Assembly (NCBI GenBank): GCA_963662405.2
Contig: CAXXKT010000003.1
Span: 1-64,000 of the forward strand
Reading direction: 5' to 3'
From: Syntrophales bacterium
GTDB lineage: Bacteria > Desulfobacterota > Syntrophia > Syntrophales > UBA2210
DNA length: 64,000 bases
A program made the translations under genes and the position numbers. Positions 30,301-43,444 of the stretch are shown here, piece by piece (position 1 is the stretch's first letter; each line of letters starts with the position of its first letter). The notes under the pieces were generated by a model, which was not told the DNA's origin, did not search any database, and saw only the letters and a program-made list of their open reading frames with translations.

Positions 30301-30489
30301 ACGACGGGCGCCGGGGCGGGGGCCATGAACGCCATCGGTACCAGCGTCTTGGGAGGCATGGTGACCGCAACCGTCCTGGTGGTGATCTTTTCTCCCCTCT
30401 TTTATGTCTTGATCGAAAAGTTCTTCGGCAGACAGAGAAAGAAAGGATCGGCTCCAATAAACCCTGCACATCCATCGGGGGATCAATGA
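27316..30489 (+). CDS. AcrB/MexB-like HAE1 RND efflux permease
   Basis: FFLDRPVFAWV, YPGASAETVE, AIGLLVDDAIVVVENVER, KNAILIV, RFRPIVMTSLAF. Confidence 0.96.
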   Translation: MLSKFFLDRPVFAWVIAIIIMAAGGLAIYSLPISQYPPIAPPSIAMYSMYPGASAETVENSVTQIIEQEMTGFDNLLYMSSTSDSAGMSRIELTFEPGTDPEIAWTQVQNKLQLAMASLPDVVKSTGVSVNKSTHNYLMVIGLSSEDGSMDKTDLSDFAITNLESVLARVPGVGETQVFGAEYAMRIWLNPDKLNNFQLTVQDVIAALKTYNVEVSAGQFGGAPAVEGQRLNASIVVQNMLMTTDEFAAIPIRINPNGSVVRVGDVSRIELGSEMYDIDSAESGRPTCGIAIRQAAGANALETADAVKAKMKEMSHFFPKGLKVTHPNDTTRFIKVAIKEVVKTLFEAILLVFLIMWLFLGNIRATLIPTIAVPVVLLGTFAMLGLFGYSINMLTMFAMVLAIGLLVDDAIVVVENVERIMAEEGLPPKEATAKSMEQITSALIGIGLVLSAVFGPMAFFPGSTGVIYRQFSVTIISAMLLSVVVALILTPVLCASLLKPVRAGHEPAENAVFFLRPFFLWFDRMFFGLRKRYVGLVDHSLNRKKRYLAVFLVIVGIMGVLYMRMPTAYLPDEDQGSLLAQVILPAGSTLEQTKEVGRQIGSYFMEHEKEAVERTMVLSGYGFSGRAQNNGMVFIKLKDWDLRDRPDLKAKAVAGRATGVLSQIKDAMVIVFAPPAVSELGIAKGFDFELLDRGGLGHAKLMEGQNQLLKIAAQDPRLIAVRPNSMDDVSEYRIDVDWDKAGALGVPITSIHNTISAAFGSSYVNDFIKGGRVKRVYIQADAPYRMLPKDLERLYVRNTAGKMVPFSSFASGHWTSGSPRLARFNGFPSINIWGEPAPGKSSGEAMQAMEDAVRQLPKGFGFDWTGLSYQEKISSSQAPLLYAFSIFVIFLCLAALYESWTIPISILLVLPLGVIGGIIATSTRGLANDIYFQIGLLTTLGLATKNAILIVQFAKGGLERGMGLIEATLEGAKLRFRPIVMTSLAFGFGVLPLAMTTGAGAGAMNAIGTSVLGGMVTATVLVVIFSPLFYVLIEKFFGRQRKKGSAPINPAHPSGDQ

Positions 30490-31895
30490 TGAGTAGAAAA
30501 TGGTTTTTCATGTTGGTTGGTATCACCCTGTTGCTGGGGGGGTGTTCCCTGGCGCCCGAATATACGCGGCCCGGTTCCCCCGTTCCTCAGGAGTGGCCCC
30601 CGGGGGCGGCTTATGAGCAGATACGGGACCTATCGGGGTCGGAGACGAACGCGATCCTCCGTTGGGAGGAATTTTTCACCGACCGGAAGTTGCAGACGAT
30701 CATCAGGACCGCCCTGGATCATAACCGTGACCTGCGTCTCGCCGCCCTGAATGCGGAGAGGGTCCAGGCACTCTACGGTGTGCAGAGGGCATCCCTTTTC
30801 CCCTCGATCGACGCGAGCGGCGGCATGAGCAGGGAACGGGTCCCCGCCGATCTGTCAACGACCGGACAATCCCACATAGGGGAGAAAGATTCCCTCTCCA
30901 TCGGGATTACCTCGTGGGAGATCGACTTCTTCGGTCGTATCCGCAGCCTGAAGGACCAGGCTCTGCAGGAGTACCTCGCCACGGAAGAGGCACGGCGCAG
31001 TACACAGATCTCGCTGGTGTCATCGATTGCCGGGGCGTATCTGACCTTAGCTGCGGACCGGGGAAACCGGGAACTGGCCCGATCCACCCTCGACGCCCAG
31101 CAGGCCGCGTACAACCTGATTCGGAAACGGTATGACGTCGGACTGGCAACCGAGCTGGACCTTCGCCGGGCACAGACGCAGGTGGAAGCGGCCCGGGGGA
31201 GTGTCGCCCGTTTCACTCAGCTGACGGCACAGGACCGCAATGCCCTGAATCTCCTTGCCGGGTCTCCGGTGCCCGAAGGCCTCCTCCCGATCAACCTGGA
31301 TGGGGTGACTTCCCCCAAAGATGTCACACCGGGGCTGTCTTCCGAGGTCCTTTTGAACAGGCCCGATATCATGGCGGCGGAACATCGGCTCAAGGGCGCG
31401 TATGCGTACATCGGCGCGGCGCGGGCGGCCCTGTTCCCCCGCATTTCCCTGACCACCTCGGTGGGGACCGCGAGTGCCGAGTTGTCCGGTCTGTTCGGCG
31501 CCGGTTCCGCCACGTGGAGATTTGGGCCGCAGATAGCCATGCCGATATTTGACGCCCGTGCCTGGGCGGCCCTGCGTGTCAGCAAGGCGGAACGAAAGAT
31601 CGCCCTGACTCAGTACGAAAAGGCAATCCAGACGGCCTTCCGAGAGGTGGCCGACGCCCTCGCCGTCCGCGGGACGGTGGATCAACAGGTCGCGGCGCAG
31701 GAGTCCCTGGTGGATGCCGTTGCCGAGACGTATCGTCTCTCGAATAAACGTTATGAAAACGGGGTTGACAGCTATCTGAGCGTCCTCGACGCCCACCGGT
31801 CGCTCTTCAGCGCGAAGCAGTCATTGATTTCCCTGCACCTGGCGAAACTGGTCAACCGTGTGAGATTGTATACCGTCCTGGGTGGGGGGGAATGA
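30486..31895 (+). CDS. OprM/NodT-family outer membrane efflux lipoprotein
   Basis: LLGGCSLAPEYTRP lipobox, WEIDFFGR, RPDIMAAE, LYTVLGGG; ATG at 30486 within the longer ORF. Confidence 0.93.
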   Translation: MMSRKWFFMLVGITLLLGGCSLAPEYTRPGSPVPQEWPPGAAYEQIRDLSGSETNAILRWEEFFTDRKLQTIIRTALDHNRDLRLAALNAERVQALYGVQRASLFPSIDASGGMSRERVPADLSTTGQSHIGEKDSLSIGITSWEIDFFGRIRSLKDQALQEYLATEEARRSTQISLVSSIAGAYLTLAADRGNRELARSTLDAQQAAYNLIRKRYDVGLATELDLRRAQTQVEAARGSVARFTQLTAQDRNALNLLAGSPVPEGLLPINLDGVTSPKDVTPGLSSEVLLNRPDIMAAEHRLKGAYAYIGAARAALFPRISLTTSVGTASAELSGLFGAGSATWRFGPQIAMPIFDARAWAALRVSKAERKIALTQYEKAIQTAFREVADALAVRGTVDQQVAAQESLVDAVAETYRLSNKRYENGVDSYLSVLDAHRSLFSAKQSLISLHLAKLVNRVRLYTVLGGGE

Positions 31896-31969
31896 ATGTG
31901 TCAGACTTCTCTTCCGCGGCGGGTCGGGGGGGTATCAAGCCAAGATGCAAAGGGCCGGCGACCAATCGG

Positions 31970-32575
31970 TTACGCCTGCCCCGCATCCTTATAGCGGTTG
32001 TAATAGGAAAAGACACGATTAATGTAGTATCGTGTGGATGCAAAGGGCGGCACCCCCTTGTACTCCCGTACTTTTCTGCTTCCTGCGTTGTATGCAGCGA
32101 GGGCCATCTTCACGTCCCCCCCGAATCGATCGAGGAGTTGTCGAAAGTACCTGACGCCACCATTAATGTTGTGCTCGGGGTTGAAACTGTCCTTTACACC
32201 GAGCGCCTTCGCCGTTGACGGCATCAACTGCATCAGTCCGCGCGCACCTTTCCTGGAGACGGCCTTGGGGTTGTAGCTCGACTCTGCCATGATGATGGCG
32301 TGGATGAGTTCCGGCTCTATCTCATAGCGATCCGATGCTTCCTGTATGATGGAACGAAACAGCGGGTCGTTCTCCACCGCCGTTTTGGAGAAATCCTGTT
32401 TTTGATCTGTAAGTTGAGTGGTACCGACCTCGGAGACGGCAGCGGCATGGAGAGCCTGAAGACGATTATGGTTGTAAATTACTCCGGGAATAGTCAAGAG
32501 CACGACCGTTCCGATGATGAAGCCCATCCAACTCATCAGAGCGGCGTGCCGGTGTAATGGCAAATCCTCACCCAT
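31970..32575 (-). CDS. Lytic transglycosylase (SLT domain) with N-terminal TM
   Basis: AIIMAESSYNPKAVSRKGARGLMQLMPST, ALAAYNAG. Confidence 0.92.
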   Translation of the reverse strand: MGEDLPLHRHAALMSWMGFIIGTVVLLTIPGVIYNHNRLQALHAAAVSEVGTTQLTDQKQDFSKTAVENDPLFRSIIQEASDRYEIEPELIHAIIMAESSYNPKAVSRKGARGLMQLMPSTAKALGVKDSFNPEHNINGGVRYFRQLLDRFGGDVKMALAAYNAGSRKVREYKGVPPFASTRYYINRVFSYYNRYKDAGQA

Positions 32576-32898
32576 GATAACCTCCCTACGATCGATCCAT
32601 AGGTATTTTGGACGCTACAAGTAGCGAAAGAGGGATCAGATGTCAAGCAAAAAATGGTCGCCGTCTGGTATAGGTTAATATTATCAAGGATATGCGTGGT
32701 TTGGGCGGGGGATGCTATCTTTCCTGGCACACCGGGGATTGGAGATCGTGCGGCATTGGGACGAGAAAAAGATCGAGAGATGTTTTGCGGAGATGGCGGG
32801 TAAGGCCCGGACGCGACCGAACGGCTTGTTTCGCATTGCTAGGGTATCGCCGCGGTTTCACTGGTAGGGGCTACGCTTTCAGTGCCGCAGTGTGTCGG

Positions 32899-33678
32899 TC
32901 AGATATGTGTGCGAACGGGGATACCTCTTCCCGCCAGGTATTCCTTGATCCCGGCCACCGTGTAACGCTGGTAGTGGACCATGGAGGCGATGAGGGCCGC
33001 CGAGGCGTCCGTCTCGGTGAAGATATCGTAGAGGTGCTCCGGCTCGCCGGCCCCGCCGGATGCGATGACCGGGATGGAAACGGACCGGGAGATAAGGGCG
33101 GTCAGGGTCAACTCATACCCCTCATTCGTCCCGTCCGCATCGATCGAATTGAGGCAGATCTCGCCGGCCCCCCGGTCTTCGGCCTCTTGTGCCCACCGGA
33201 GGGCGTCGATCCCTACCGGGGTCCTCCCGCCGTCGATGTAGATCTCGTAACCGGAGGGGATGGCGGGTGTCTTCTCCACCTGCTTGGCGTCCATCCCCAG
33301 GACGATGCACTGGTTCCCGAAGGCCCGGGCCCCCGCGGAGATGATATCGGGGTCTTGGACGGCGGCGCTGTTGACGCTGATCTTCTCCGCCCCGGCGTCG
33401 AGGACGCGGTGCATATCATCCAGCGAACGGATACCCCCCCCCACCGAGAAGGGGATGAATATCTCCCGCGCCACCCCCTCGACCACGTCGATGATGATAT
33501 CACGCTTATCGGATGAGGCGGTGATATCATAGAAGACGAGTTCGTCCACCCCCTGGTCGTAGTATTCGGCCGCCATGGCGATGGGATCACCGATGTCGAT
33601 ATTCCCCTTGAATCTGATTCCCTTGGTCGTCTTTCCCTCTCTGACGTCCAGGCAGATGATGATTCTCTTGCTCAGCAT
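32899..33678 (-). CDS. hisF: Imidazole glycerol phosphate synthase cyclase subunit
   Basis: [47 protein letters not shown]. Confidence 0.96.
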   Translation of the reverse strand: MLSKRIIICLDVREGKTTKGIRFKGNIDIGDPIAMAAEYYDQGVDELVFYDITASSDKRDIIIDVVEGVAREIFIPFSVGGGIRSLDDMHRVLDAGAEKISVNSAAVQDPDIISAGARAFGNQCIVLGMDAKQVEKTPAIPSGYEIYIDGGRTPVGIDALRWAQEAEDRGAGEICLNSIDADGTNEGYELTLTALISRSVSIPVIASGGAGEPEHLYDIFTETDASAALIASMVHYQRYTVAGIKEYLAGRGIPVRTHI

Positions 33679-33681
33679 GTA

Positions 33682-34296
33682 CTATTCCCTTCCGTCCCAG
33701 ACGCAGAAATTTTCCAGTATCCGCAGGCCGCTTCGTCCGCTCTTTTCCGGGTGGAACTGGGTGGCAATGATATTCCCGTGACCGATGACGGAGGCGAAGG
33801 AAATCCCGTAGCCGGTCGTCGCGATAGCGTCCTCCCCCTTTGCGGGGACGGGGTAATAGGAGTGCACGAAATAGAACTGCGCGTCCGGATTGATCCCGGC
33901 TAGGACGGGGTGGGGGCGTTTCAGGGTTATGGTATTCCACCCCATATGAGGAATCTTGATCTCCGATCCCTGAAATCGCTTCGCCGTGCCGGGAATAACC
34001 CCCAGGCAAGGGGTCCCGCCGTCCTCTTCGCTTTTCCCCAGGATGACCTGGGCTCCCAGGCAGATCCCGAGGAAGGGGGTCCCCGCGGCAGCGACCTCGT
34101 GGATCACCGTGTCGAGTCCCTCGCGTCGGATGATCTCCATGGCCTCGCCGGCGGCGCCGACGCCGGGAAAGATGACCCGTTCGGCCGATCGTATTGCATC
34201 GTGATCCTTGGTAATTTCACATTCCGCACCGATGTGCCTGAGGGCCCGAGCGACCGATGTCAGGTTTCCCGCTTCGTAGTCGATAATGGCAATCAA
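33682..34296 (-). CDS. hisH: Imidazole glycerol phosphate synthase glutaminase subunit
   Basis: IDYEAGNL, FPGVG, GICLGAQ, PHMGWN, YFVHSY, QFHPEKSG. Confidence 0.96.
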   Translation of the reverse strand: MIAIIDYEAGNLTSVARALRHIGAECEITKDHDAIRSAERVIFPGVGAAGEAMEIIRREGLDTVIHEVAAAGTPFLGICLGAQVILGKSEEDGGTPCLGVIPGTAKRFQGSEIKIPHMGWNTITLKRPHPVLAGINPDAQFYFVHSYYPVPAKGEDAIATTGYGISFASVIGHGNIIATQFHPEKSGRSGLRILENFCVWDGRE

Positions 34297-37200
34297 TTCT
34301 TATCGTCCTTCATATCCTTTTTCACGGATCCCATCATTGTCTCGGCAATGACGTTGACCCCTTCACCAAGGAGGAACGCAACCGGAAGCGGATCAAGATA
34401 GGCATCGCTCCACGAGATATTGTATTCGTCCACGATATCCCTGATCTGATTGAACTTGTTTCCCAGGGCCGCCTTTTTCCCCGACGCACTGAGAGCTTCT
34501 TTGAAGATTACGTGGAGGAGGATGATCTTCTGTATAAACGTCCCCTCTTCGATCAACGGAATAATGATGAGGGGTGCGCGGTCGGAACGGCCGAGACCGG
34601 CATAGACGTCTCGGGTACTCACGATCGTTTTCTTCGCCCCGCTCAGGGGGATCGGAATCTCCGCCCGCGACCTCATGTGCAGTGAGATCCCCCCTCGCAT
34701 CTCGATCGCTATGGTGGTTTCCTCCGTCGGTTTCCCTTCTTCGTCAAGGTCGCGTATGGCGTACAGCGTATAGCCCCTTATCTCCACCGTGACCTTCTGC
34801 AGTCGTGTAATGGTGAGTCCGCCTGCGGTCGTCAGGTTGTCGGGGGAGAACCCGAGGTCTTTCAGGAAATCGAAGATCACGCCCCGGGCGATTTCCTCCT
34901 TTCTGCTGGTTCCCACCGTGACCGTCTTTGCCTGGTGGCGGATGGCATCGATCGGGCGGGACAGTTCGTCGATTGCCATGCCGAGAGAGATGTCCAGTAG
35001 GTCGAGGGGAGAAGGTGAGACCTGTTTGTTCTTGAAATCGATCCGGAACTCTTCTAAAGGGAGTTTTCCGGCGGCATATTTCAGGAGCAGGGTGATATCG
35101 GATGCCACATCGATCCCGAGTGATGAGAAAAAACCCTTATTTCTGCGATCCCTGAAGGATGTGGAAAATTCGTCTATCAGGATATGGAGGCCGGGATCCG
35201 TCAGCTTTTCGACGAGGAGCCCCTCCCTCTCGTCCAATTCGTTTGCCTTGAAGAGGAGTCGCTTTCTGAAGTCGCGTATGAACTCGCTGTCCTCGTTGAT
35301 GCCACATGCCGCGTAGTAGCCCCACAGGTGTCCCGCCAGGGTGTTCAGGATGACGGATGTTGGAAAGGATGCCTTGGGGACGGAGATCACCGAGTCGGCG
35401 ATGCCGTCGAACCCCTTCTCTCCTTCGTCCGCGATGACAACCACCGATGCCGCGTGGCGCCTTGAAGATGGCGACATCCTTGATAATATCATCAAGTACG
35501 TACGGAGCCGTCCCGGCAACGCAGGCGATGATCAGCGGTTCCGAGGAGAGATCAATATGTTTCTTATCCTCGACGATGTCCGATGAGATCGTCTTGTAGC
35601 ACAGCTCGCTCAGTTTGATCCGTATTTCGTCGGCGGCGACCTTGTTGGGGCCGCTCCCGACCACCGCCCAGTATCGCTTCTTTCCGGCGATGGGGTGGGC
35701 CGTCTCATGAATCCGTTCTCTTTCGGCGATGACGCGGTTCATCGTGTCCGGAGCCCGTTCAAGGTTCTCCAGTACCCCGGCCGTCACGTTGTCCGGAAGG
35801 GTACCGAGGGTCTGGGCCAGAAAGAGGGCCAGGATATATCCCGCAACGATTTGGGAGTAGAAGGCCTTGGTCGAGGCGACGGACATCTCGATGTCCCGCC
35901 CGTCGCTGGTATAGAAGACGCCGTCCGCCACGTGGGTGATGTCTGATTGCCGCCGGTTGACGACGGCGATCAGGTGTGCCCCCCGTTCCTTTGCCATGGC
36001 AACGGCCCGGTTGGTATCGGTGGTGGTTCCCGACTGGGTGACCGCGACAACGAGGGTGTCATCCAGGTGTTCCTTGAGGGAAAAGCCGCTTAATTCTGAT
36101 GCCGTCTTTGCCTGGATCGCGATCCCCGGAGTCTTGATATAGGTCGCGAATGCCTCGGCGATTGCCGCACCGGCAACCGCCGCCGTCCCCTGTCCTATGA
36201 CAAAGATAGTGCGGATATCTCCCCGCGAGAGGGCCTCACGGAGCCTTCGGGAAATAATATCGTCCCCCAGATTGAAGGTCACCGCGGCGCTGCCGTTGGT
36301 GCCATAGGTGATGCGGTATTTCCCCCGCAGGGTCTTTTTGACGGACAGCGGGGCATCGGCGATCTCTTTCAGGAGAAAGTGAGGATATCCCTTACGGTCG
36401 ATGTCCCGCGTGGTGATCTGTGCCTTCTGGACCATATGGTCGGTGATGTCGAGGGGATGACCGTCGTAACTGCAGGCGCGGATCGCGCCCCCGTCCTCGA
36501 GGACAAAGACCTGCCCCTTCGTCTCCGCCTTTCCGGGGATCCGTTCGGTCTCTCCGTCCATCTTGATGAAACGGGGGGTGACCTCCACCAACCCGTACAC
36601 CTCGGATGAAAAGATATACTGGCCTTCGCACAGGCCGATATAGAGCGACTGGCCGCTCCCCCTCAGGGCGAGAAAGATCTTCCCCGGCTCCAGGTTGCTC
36701 CGCATGGCGATGGCATGAGACCCATCGAAGTCGTTCAGGGCGAGACGGAACGATTCCTCAAGATCGGACCCTTGGAAGAGGTGTTTTTCTACCTGCAAGG
36801 CGATAATCTTGGTGTCCGTTGTGACCCGGTGATCGATGATTTCGACGCCATTCGCTTCGATTGCTGAACGGAGGGATCGGTAGTTGTCTATGTCTCCGTT
36901 GAGGGCGACATCGATCGTCCAGTTCCCGGTTCCGTAACGGGGGTATCCCTTGACCGGGAGCGGGATCTCGGCCGAAGCATCCATCTCGGTGGGGAGCGTG
37001 AAATTATTGACCGGATGACAGTTTTCCACGTTGATGGCCCCCACTGAGGCCCACCGTGTGTGGGCGAGGAGCGTGTCATTCACCATCCCCCCGCTCAGGC
37101 ACCGTTTCAGTATCTCGTCCGATCGAATCCTCTCTCGCAGGTAGCGGGTGTTTTCACCCAGTTTCCCGGTTACGGAGGCGCGTTTGTAGGTGAAGGTCAG

Positions 37201-38039
37201 GAGCGGGTTTGTTCCTCGTGAAAGACCGGACAGGGCGATGGCGCCGTCCAGCAGATCGCCGGGAGCGGTCCTTATCAAAATTCATCGTACAGTCCATCGC
37301 TCTTCAGTGTCGCGATCACGGCATCCATGGACGCGGCATTATCGGAACGGAGCGATATCTCCATACCCGCGGAATCCCTTCCTCTGACCTCGATCCGATC
37401 CAGCGAATTGAGGAGGAGGTTGATTTTCCAGTATATCGTGACTGCCTCTGGGCAGAGGAACTCAGGTGTGACTCCCGCCAGGTCGATAGTCTTTTCGCAA
37501 TTGGCCAGGATGTCTTTTTCGAGGGCCCACACCGCGTCCTTTAGGATCTCGATCGATTCGTTTATCCGCTCCATTGCACCCGTGGAGAGCCTTCTTGCTA
37601 CCTCCTCAATCAGGCCTTCCTCCCCCCGCCAGGAAGGCATTCATCTCCTTTGACAGGATAGTCAGGGCATTGTTTTTTTCGGGGGTGAAGAGGCACAGAG
37701 GATCCTTTTTCAGGTCAAGGATCAGCGCATCAAGAGAATGCAGCAGATCGATCCCCCCAGGTAGCCCTCCGGGGGCGTTGATTCGGCGAGAAGGGACCTC
37801 AGATCCTTCCCTCGTATCCGATCAAAGAGTGATGAGGGAGTGATGGCATCTCCGGGGGGCTGTTCGCTGGTTTTCGGTTTGATCGTGATGATCCCGGACA
37901 GGCCGCAGGGGAGAGTCGCACGGGTTACTGGAAAGAGTATGACAGTTCCCGGACGGACGTGACGAGGATCGCGGCCGATGCGGACACGCCACCCGTGCAG
38001 GCACCGCGACAGAAAGGGTCCGTTCTCACGTTTAAACAT
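34293..38039 (-). CDS. Very large GlmS-like protein (class II amidotransferase plus two SIS domains), four apparent frameshifts
   Basis: CGLSGII, RIEVRGRDSAG, HTRWAS, NGDIDNY, TDT, QSGTTTDT, VASTKAF and EIRIKLSE motifs distributed over ORFs 37722-38195, 37275-37640, 35137-37278 and 34293-35519. Confidence 0.82.
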
Positions 38040-38077
38040 GATCCGTTTTCTCCCGTTGCTTTTTCCCTGAAAATTTC

Positions 38078-39775
<1,698 letters not shown>

Positions 39776-41919
39776 TCAGGCGGGGCGGTCGACATAATCG
39801 GTCTGAATAGCGCCGCGGGGGCAGACGGCGAAGCAGGTATAGCAGAGCAGGCACTTCGACTCGTCGATGGTAAAGACCGTCCCGTTGCGCTTGATCGCCT
39901 CTTGCGGGCAGTTCTCGATGCATTTGTCACAGAGGATACAGGTGCCGCAGCTGATACACCGGTCGATGTCCCCTGCTTCCCCCCGAAGTACACGGTATTG
40001 ATCCGGTGCTTGCCGACCGGGTTCTTTTCCGGATAGATGAATTCTTGATTGGTGAGGGTGGCATGGATCTGCATTGCCGCCAGGCGTCCCGCCCCGATTG
40101 CATCGCTCACGAGTCCGGGGGCGACGATGTCGCCCGCCCCGTACACCTTCGGGTCATTGCTCCTGAAGGATCTCTCCCCGGCCACGAGGTGGCCGCGCTC
40201 ATCCACCAGGATCGAATCCGGGAGAAACGAGGTGTCGGGCGCCTCGCCGATGCTGAAGAAGATCACATCGGCCCTGACCTTTGTCTCGTCGGTGAAATGG
40301 ATCTCCGTGGCGGTTACCTTCTTCACCTGCTTGGGCCACAGGATGTGTGTTCCCAGCCCGGTGGCCGTCTCCAGCTCCTTGCCGAAGGCCAGAGGCTTCT
40401 GGATATCGATCGCGGTCACCCCTGTGGCCCCGAGTCGCCAGGATTCGCAGGCCATGTCCATTCCCACGTTCCCCGCCCCGATGATAACCACTGCTTGACC
40501 GCTCAGGTCCATCGGCCTCCCGTCGTTGATGTCGATCAGAAACTGCAACCCCGAAAGGATCCGCTCCCCGCCCGGGTAGGGGATTCGCTTGGTGATGTGC
40601 GCCCCCGTCGCGACCAGGACGGTGTCGCTCTCGTCGTACAACTGCCGAAAAAGATCGAGGTCAATCGTCTGGTTCGTTTTCAGCTCTATCGGCAGGGAGA
40701 AGAGCCGGTCCATATCCCTGTTCAGGGCCTCATCGGAGAGCCGTTCTTTCGGTATGGCCCTCCGGACCTTTCCGCCGGGATCGCCCCCCGCGTCGTATAC
40801 CCTGACACGGTAGCCGCGCCGTGCAAGCTGCCACGCCGCCGACAGGCCGGCGGGACCGGCGCCGATGATTGATACCAGCTCTTTCTTTTTCTTTTTCGGG
40901 GTCTTCGGTGCAAAGGCCGGGTAGTACTCCCGGGCGATCCGCTGGATCTCGACAGGGCCGTCGACCATATTCCTACTGCACCCGTCCATGCAGGGGGCGG
41001 GGCAGACCGTCCCGCAGACGGACATTCGGAAAGGGGTGTATTCGTCCATCAGCTGCTGGGCCTCTTCGATCTTTCCCTCCTTGATCAGGTTCAGGAAGAC
41101 CGGCGTGGGGATCCCGGTGGGGCAATTGAAGGCGCACGGGGGGGTAAGATCGATGTGCCGGGGCGTGCGGGTCTTCATGTTCATACCCGGGGTGTACAGA
41201 TTCCCGAAGGGACGGGCCCCCTTCTTGGTGATCTTGGTAAATGCGTCGGGTGTGATGTCCCTCAGATCGATTTCCATGTCTCGGGCGAACTCCGCCAGCG
41301 CCTCTGTGAGGATGGCCTGGTCCTCATCGTCAACCGTCGCAAAGATCGCGCCGATTCCCAGTTGATGGGCCTCTACGTGCCCCCGCACGTAGATGGCACC
41401 GCCGTGGATGCCGGTTCCCACATCCTGCCCCACGGGGGAGCCGGAGGCGTTGTCGAGGTTGAGGATCACCAGCTTGCCCCCCGCCATGTATTCGCCGCAG
41501 TAGTCTTTGGTCGTTCCCCCGATGATCAACCAGGGGATCTGGTCCCGGTATTCCTTCATGTGGATCCCGGCGCGGTACTCGACATCCCCCCGGATAAAGA
41601 CCTTTCCTCCCCGCATGGAGTGGCCGGGGATCTCGCCGGCCTTCCCGTGGATGATGATCTTGCCGGCGTTCATGGTGTTCCCCACACCGTCCTGGGCGTT
41701 CCCGAAGACCGTGATGGACGAACCGTTCATGAAGGCCCCGAGGTCCTGACCGGGAGTCCCGTGTATCTCCAGGACGGCGTCGCCGCTGAGCCCGCCCCCG
41801 ATGTACCGTTGTCCCAGGATATTCTTCAGGATGATGGTCTGTTCTCCCCGGGCGATATATCCCCGGATATGTCTGTTCAGGGATTTATAGTACAGCCCTT
41901 TGGTATCGATAGTCAGCAT
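39776..41919 (-). CDS. Fusion of glutamate synthase GXGXG domain, GltD-like FAD/NAD(P) oxidoreductase and C-terminal ferredoxin; frameshift near 39980
   Basis: GQRYIG...GTPGQDLGAFM GXGXG repeats; PCAFNCP, CGTVCPAPC, GAGPAG, GAGNVG; second frame CISCGTCILCDKC...CLLCYTCFAVCP, stop at 39776. Confidence 0.85.
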
Positions 41920-41920
41920 A

Positions 41921-43444
41921 TTACGCACCGGCGTGTTTGATTTCCAGGATTCTCAGTTCCTCTTCGTTCAGCCCGACCCCCCTGAGGCGGTCGCGGTTGC
42001 TCCTCAAGGCCTCGATTGCGCTGATCCCCATGGAGCCCATCAGTTCCTTGATCTCTTCCCCCCACGCGTGGAGGATGTTGACAAGGGCCTCGGTTGCCCG
42101 ATCGACGTCGATCCGTTCCGCGAGCCCCGGCCTGTTTGTGGTGATCCCGTAGGGGCACTTCCCGCTGAAGCAGCGCTGGCACAGGCCGCAGCCGAGCGCC
42201 ACCAGGACCGGCGTTCCCACATAGACCGCATCGGCCCCGAGACAGATCGCCTTCAAGACATCGGACGAACACATGATTCCCCCCGAGGCGACGAGGCTGA
42301 CGGTGTCCCGGATTCCCTCCTCCCGCAGACGACCGTCCGCGGCGGAGATGGCCAGTTCGATGGGGATTCCCGTGTTCTGTCGTATCTGGAGGGGGGTTGC
42401 CCCCGTTCCCCCTCTGAATCCGTCGATGGCTATGATATCCGCCCCGGCCCGCGCGACGCCGCTCACGATGGGGGCGACGTTGTGGACGGCGGCGATCTTG
42501 ACGGAGACGGGGACTCGGTAGTCCATCGCCTCCTTGATGGCGTAGATGAGCTGCCTGAGATCCTCGATGGAGTAGATGTCATGATGGGGGGCGGGCGAAA
42601 GGGCGTCGCTCCCCTCGGGGATCATTCGCGTCTCCGAGATGGCCTTGAGCACCTTCTCGCCGGGGAGGTGCCCCCCGATCCCCGGTTTTGCCCCCTGTCC
42701 GATCTTGATTTCCACCGCGGCGGCCGATTTCAGGTAATCCTCGCTGACGCCGAAGCGCCCCGAGGCCACCTGGACGATCGTGTTCTCTCCGTAGGTTCGC
42801 AGATCCTTATAGAAACCGCCTTCCCCCGTGTTCCAGTACGTTCCGGAGGCCTTCGTCGCGCGGGCCTCCGCCTCCTGGACCCGTTTGTTCACCGCGCCGA
42901 AGCTCATCGCCCCGAACATGATCGGCACATCCAGTTTGAGCTGCGGCCCAATCTCGTCACCGTACCGGGCCGGTTTCCTCCCCAGGTAGCGGCGTATCTC
43001 CATGGGCTCCCGGAGGGGGTCGATGGAGGGGTTGGTCACCTGACAGGCGTCGAACATGACGTGGTCGAAATAACGCTTCTGGGGTCCGGTCGCCCCATTC
43101 CCGACGAGGAGGACACCCCCCGGGGAACCCGCCTGCCGCCAGATATTGCCGACCTGCTCGGATGTCCAGTAGCCGTGCGAGGTATGCATCGGCCGGTGCT
43201 CGATGTGGATCGCGCCCATGGGGCACATCTTCACGCATCGCTGGCAGGAGTTGCAGGCGGTGAGATTGGCGTGGGGACGGTAGTATACCGTTTCATCGCG
43301 CCCTTTCACCGGGCGCAGGGATATCTCACCGAATGAGCACTCCTTCGCGCAGAGAGTGCAGCCGTTTTGGTAATCGCACCGGTCGAGGTCAAAGACGGGA
43401 TGAAAGGAGGGGATCGTCTTCCAGTTATGCTCCATGCCGTTCAT
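41921..43444 (-). CDS. Glutamate synthase FMN-binding subunit with N-terminal ferredoxin (archaeal-type GltB2)
   Basis: Two ferredoxin motifs; AMSFGA, NTGEGG, QVASGRFGV, EIKIGQGAKPGIGGHLPGEKV, SPAPHHDIYSIEDL. Confidence 0.92.
   Translation of the reverse strand: MNGMEHNWKTIPSFHPVFDLDRCDYQNGCTLCAKECSFGEISLRPVKGRDETVYYRPHANLTACNSCQRCVKMCPMGAIHIEHRPMHTSHGYWTSEQVGNIWRQAGSPGGVLLVGNGATGPQKRYFDHVMFDACQVTNPSIDPLREPMEIRRYLGRKPARYGDEIGPQLKLDVPIMFGAMSFGAVNKRVQEAEARATKASGTYWNTGEGGFYKDLRTYGENTIVQVASGRFGVSEDYLKSAAAVEIKIGQGAKPGIGGHLPGEKVLKAISETRMIPEGSDALSPAPHHDIYSIEDLRQLIYAIKEAMDYRVPVSVKIAAVHNVAPIVSGVARAGADIIAIDGFRGGTGATPLQIRQNTGIPIELAISAADGRLREEGIRDTVSLVASGGIMCSSDVLKAICLGADAVYVGTPVLVALGCGLCQRCFSGKCPYGITTNRPGLAERIDVDRATEALVNILHAWGEEIKELMGSMGISAIEALRSNRDRLRGVGLNEEELRILEIKHAGA

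Noticed and set aside
29988..30485. 166-aa N-terminal extension of the OprM-like ORF
   Set aside because: Overlaps the permease in another frame; the lipoprotein signal starts at 30486.
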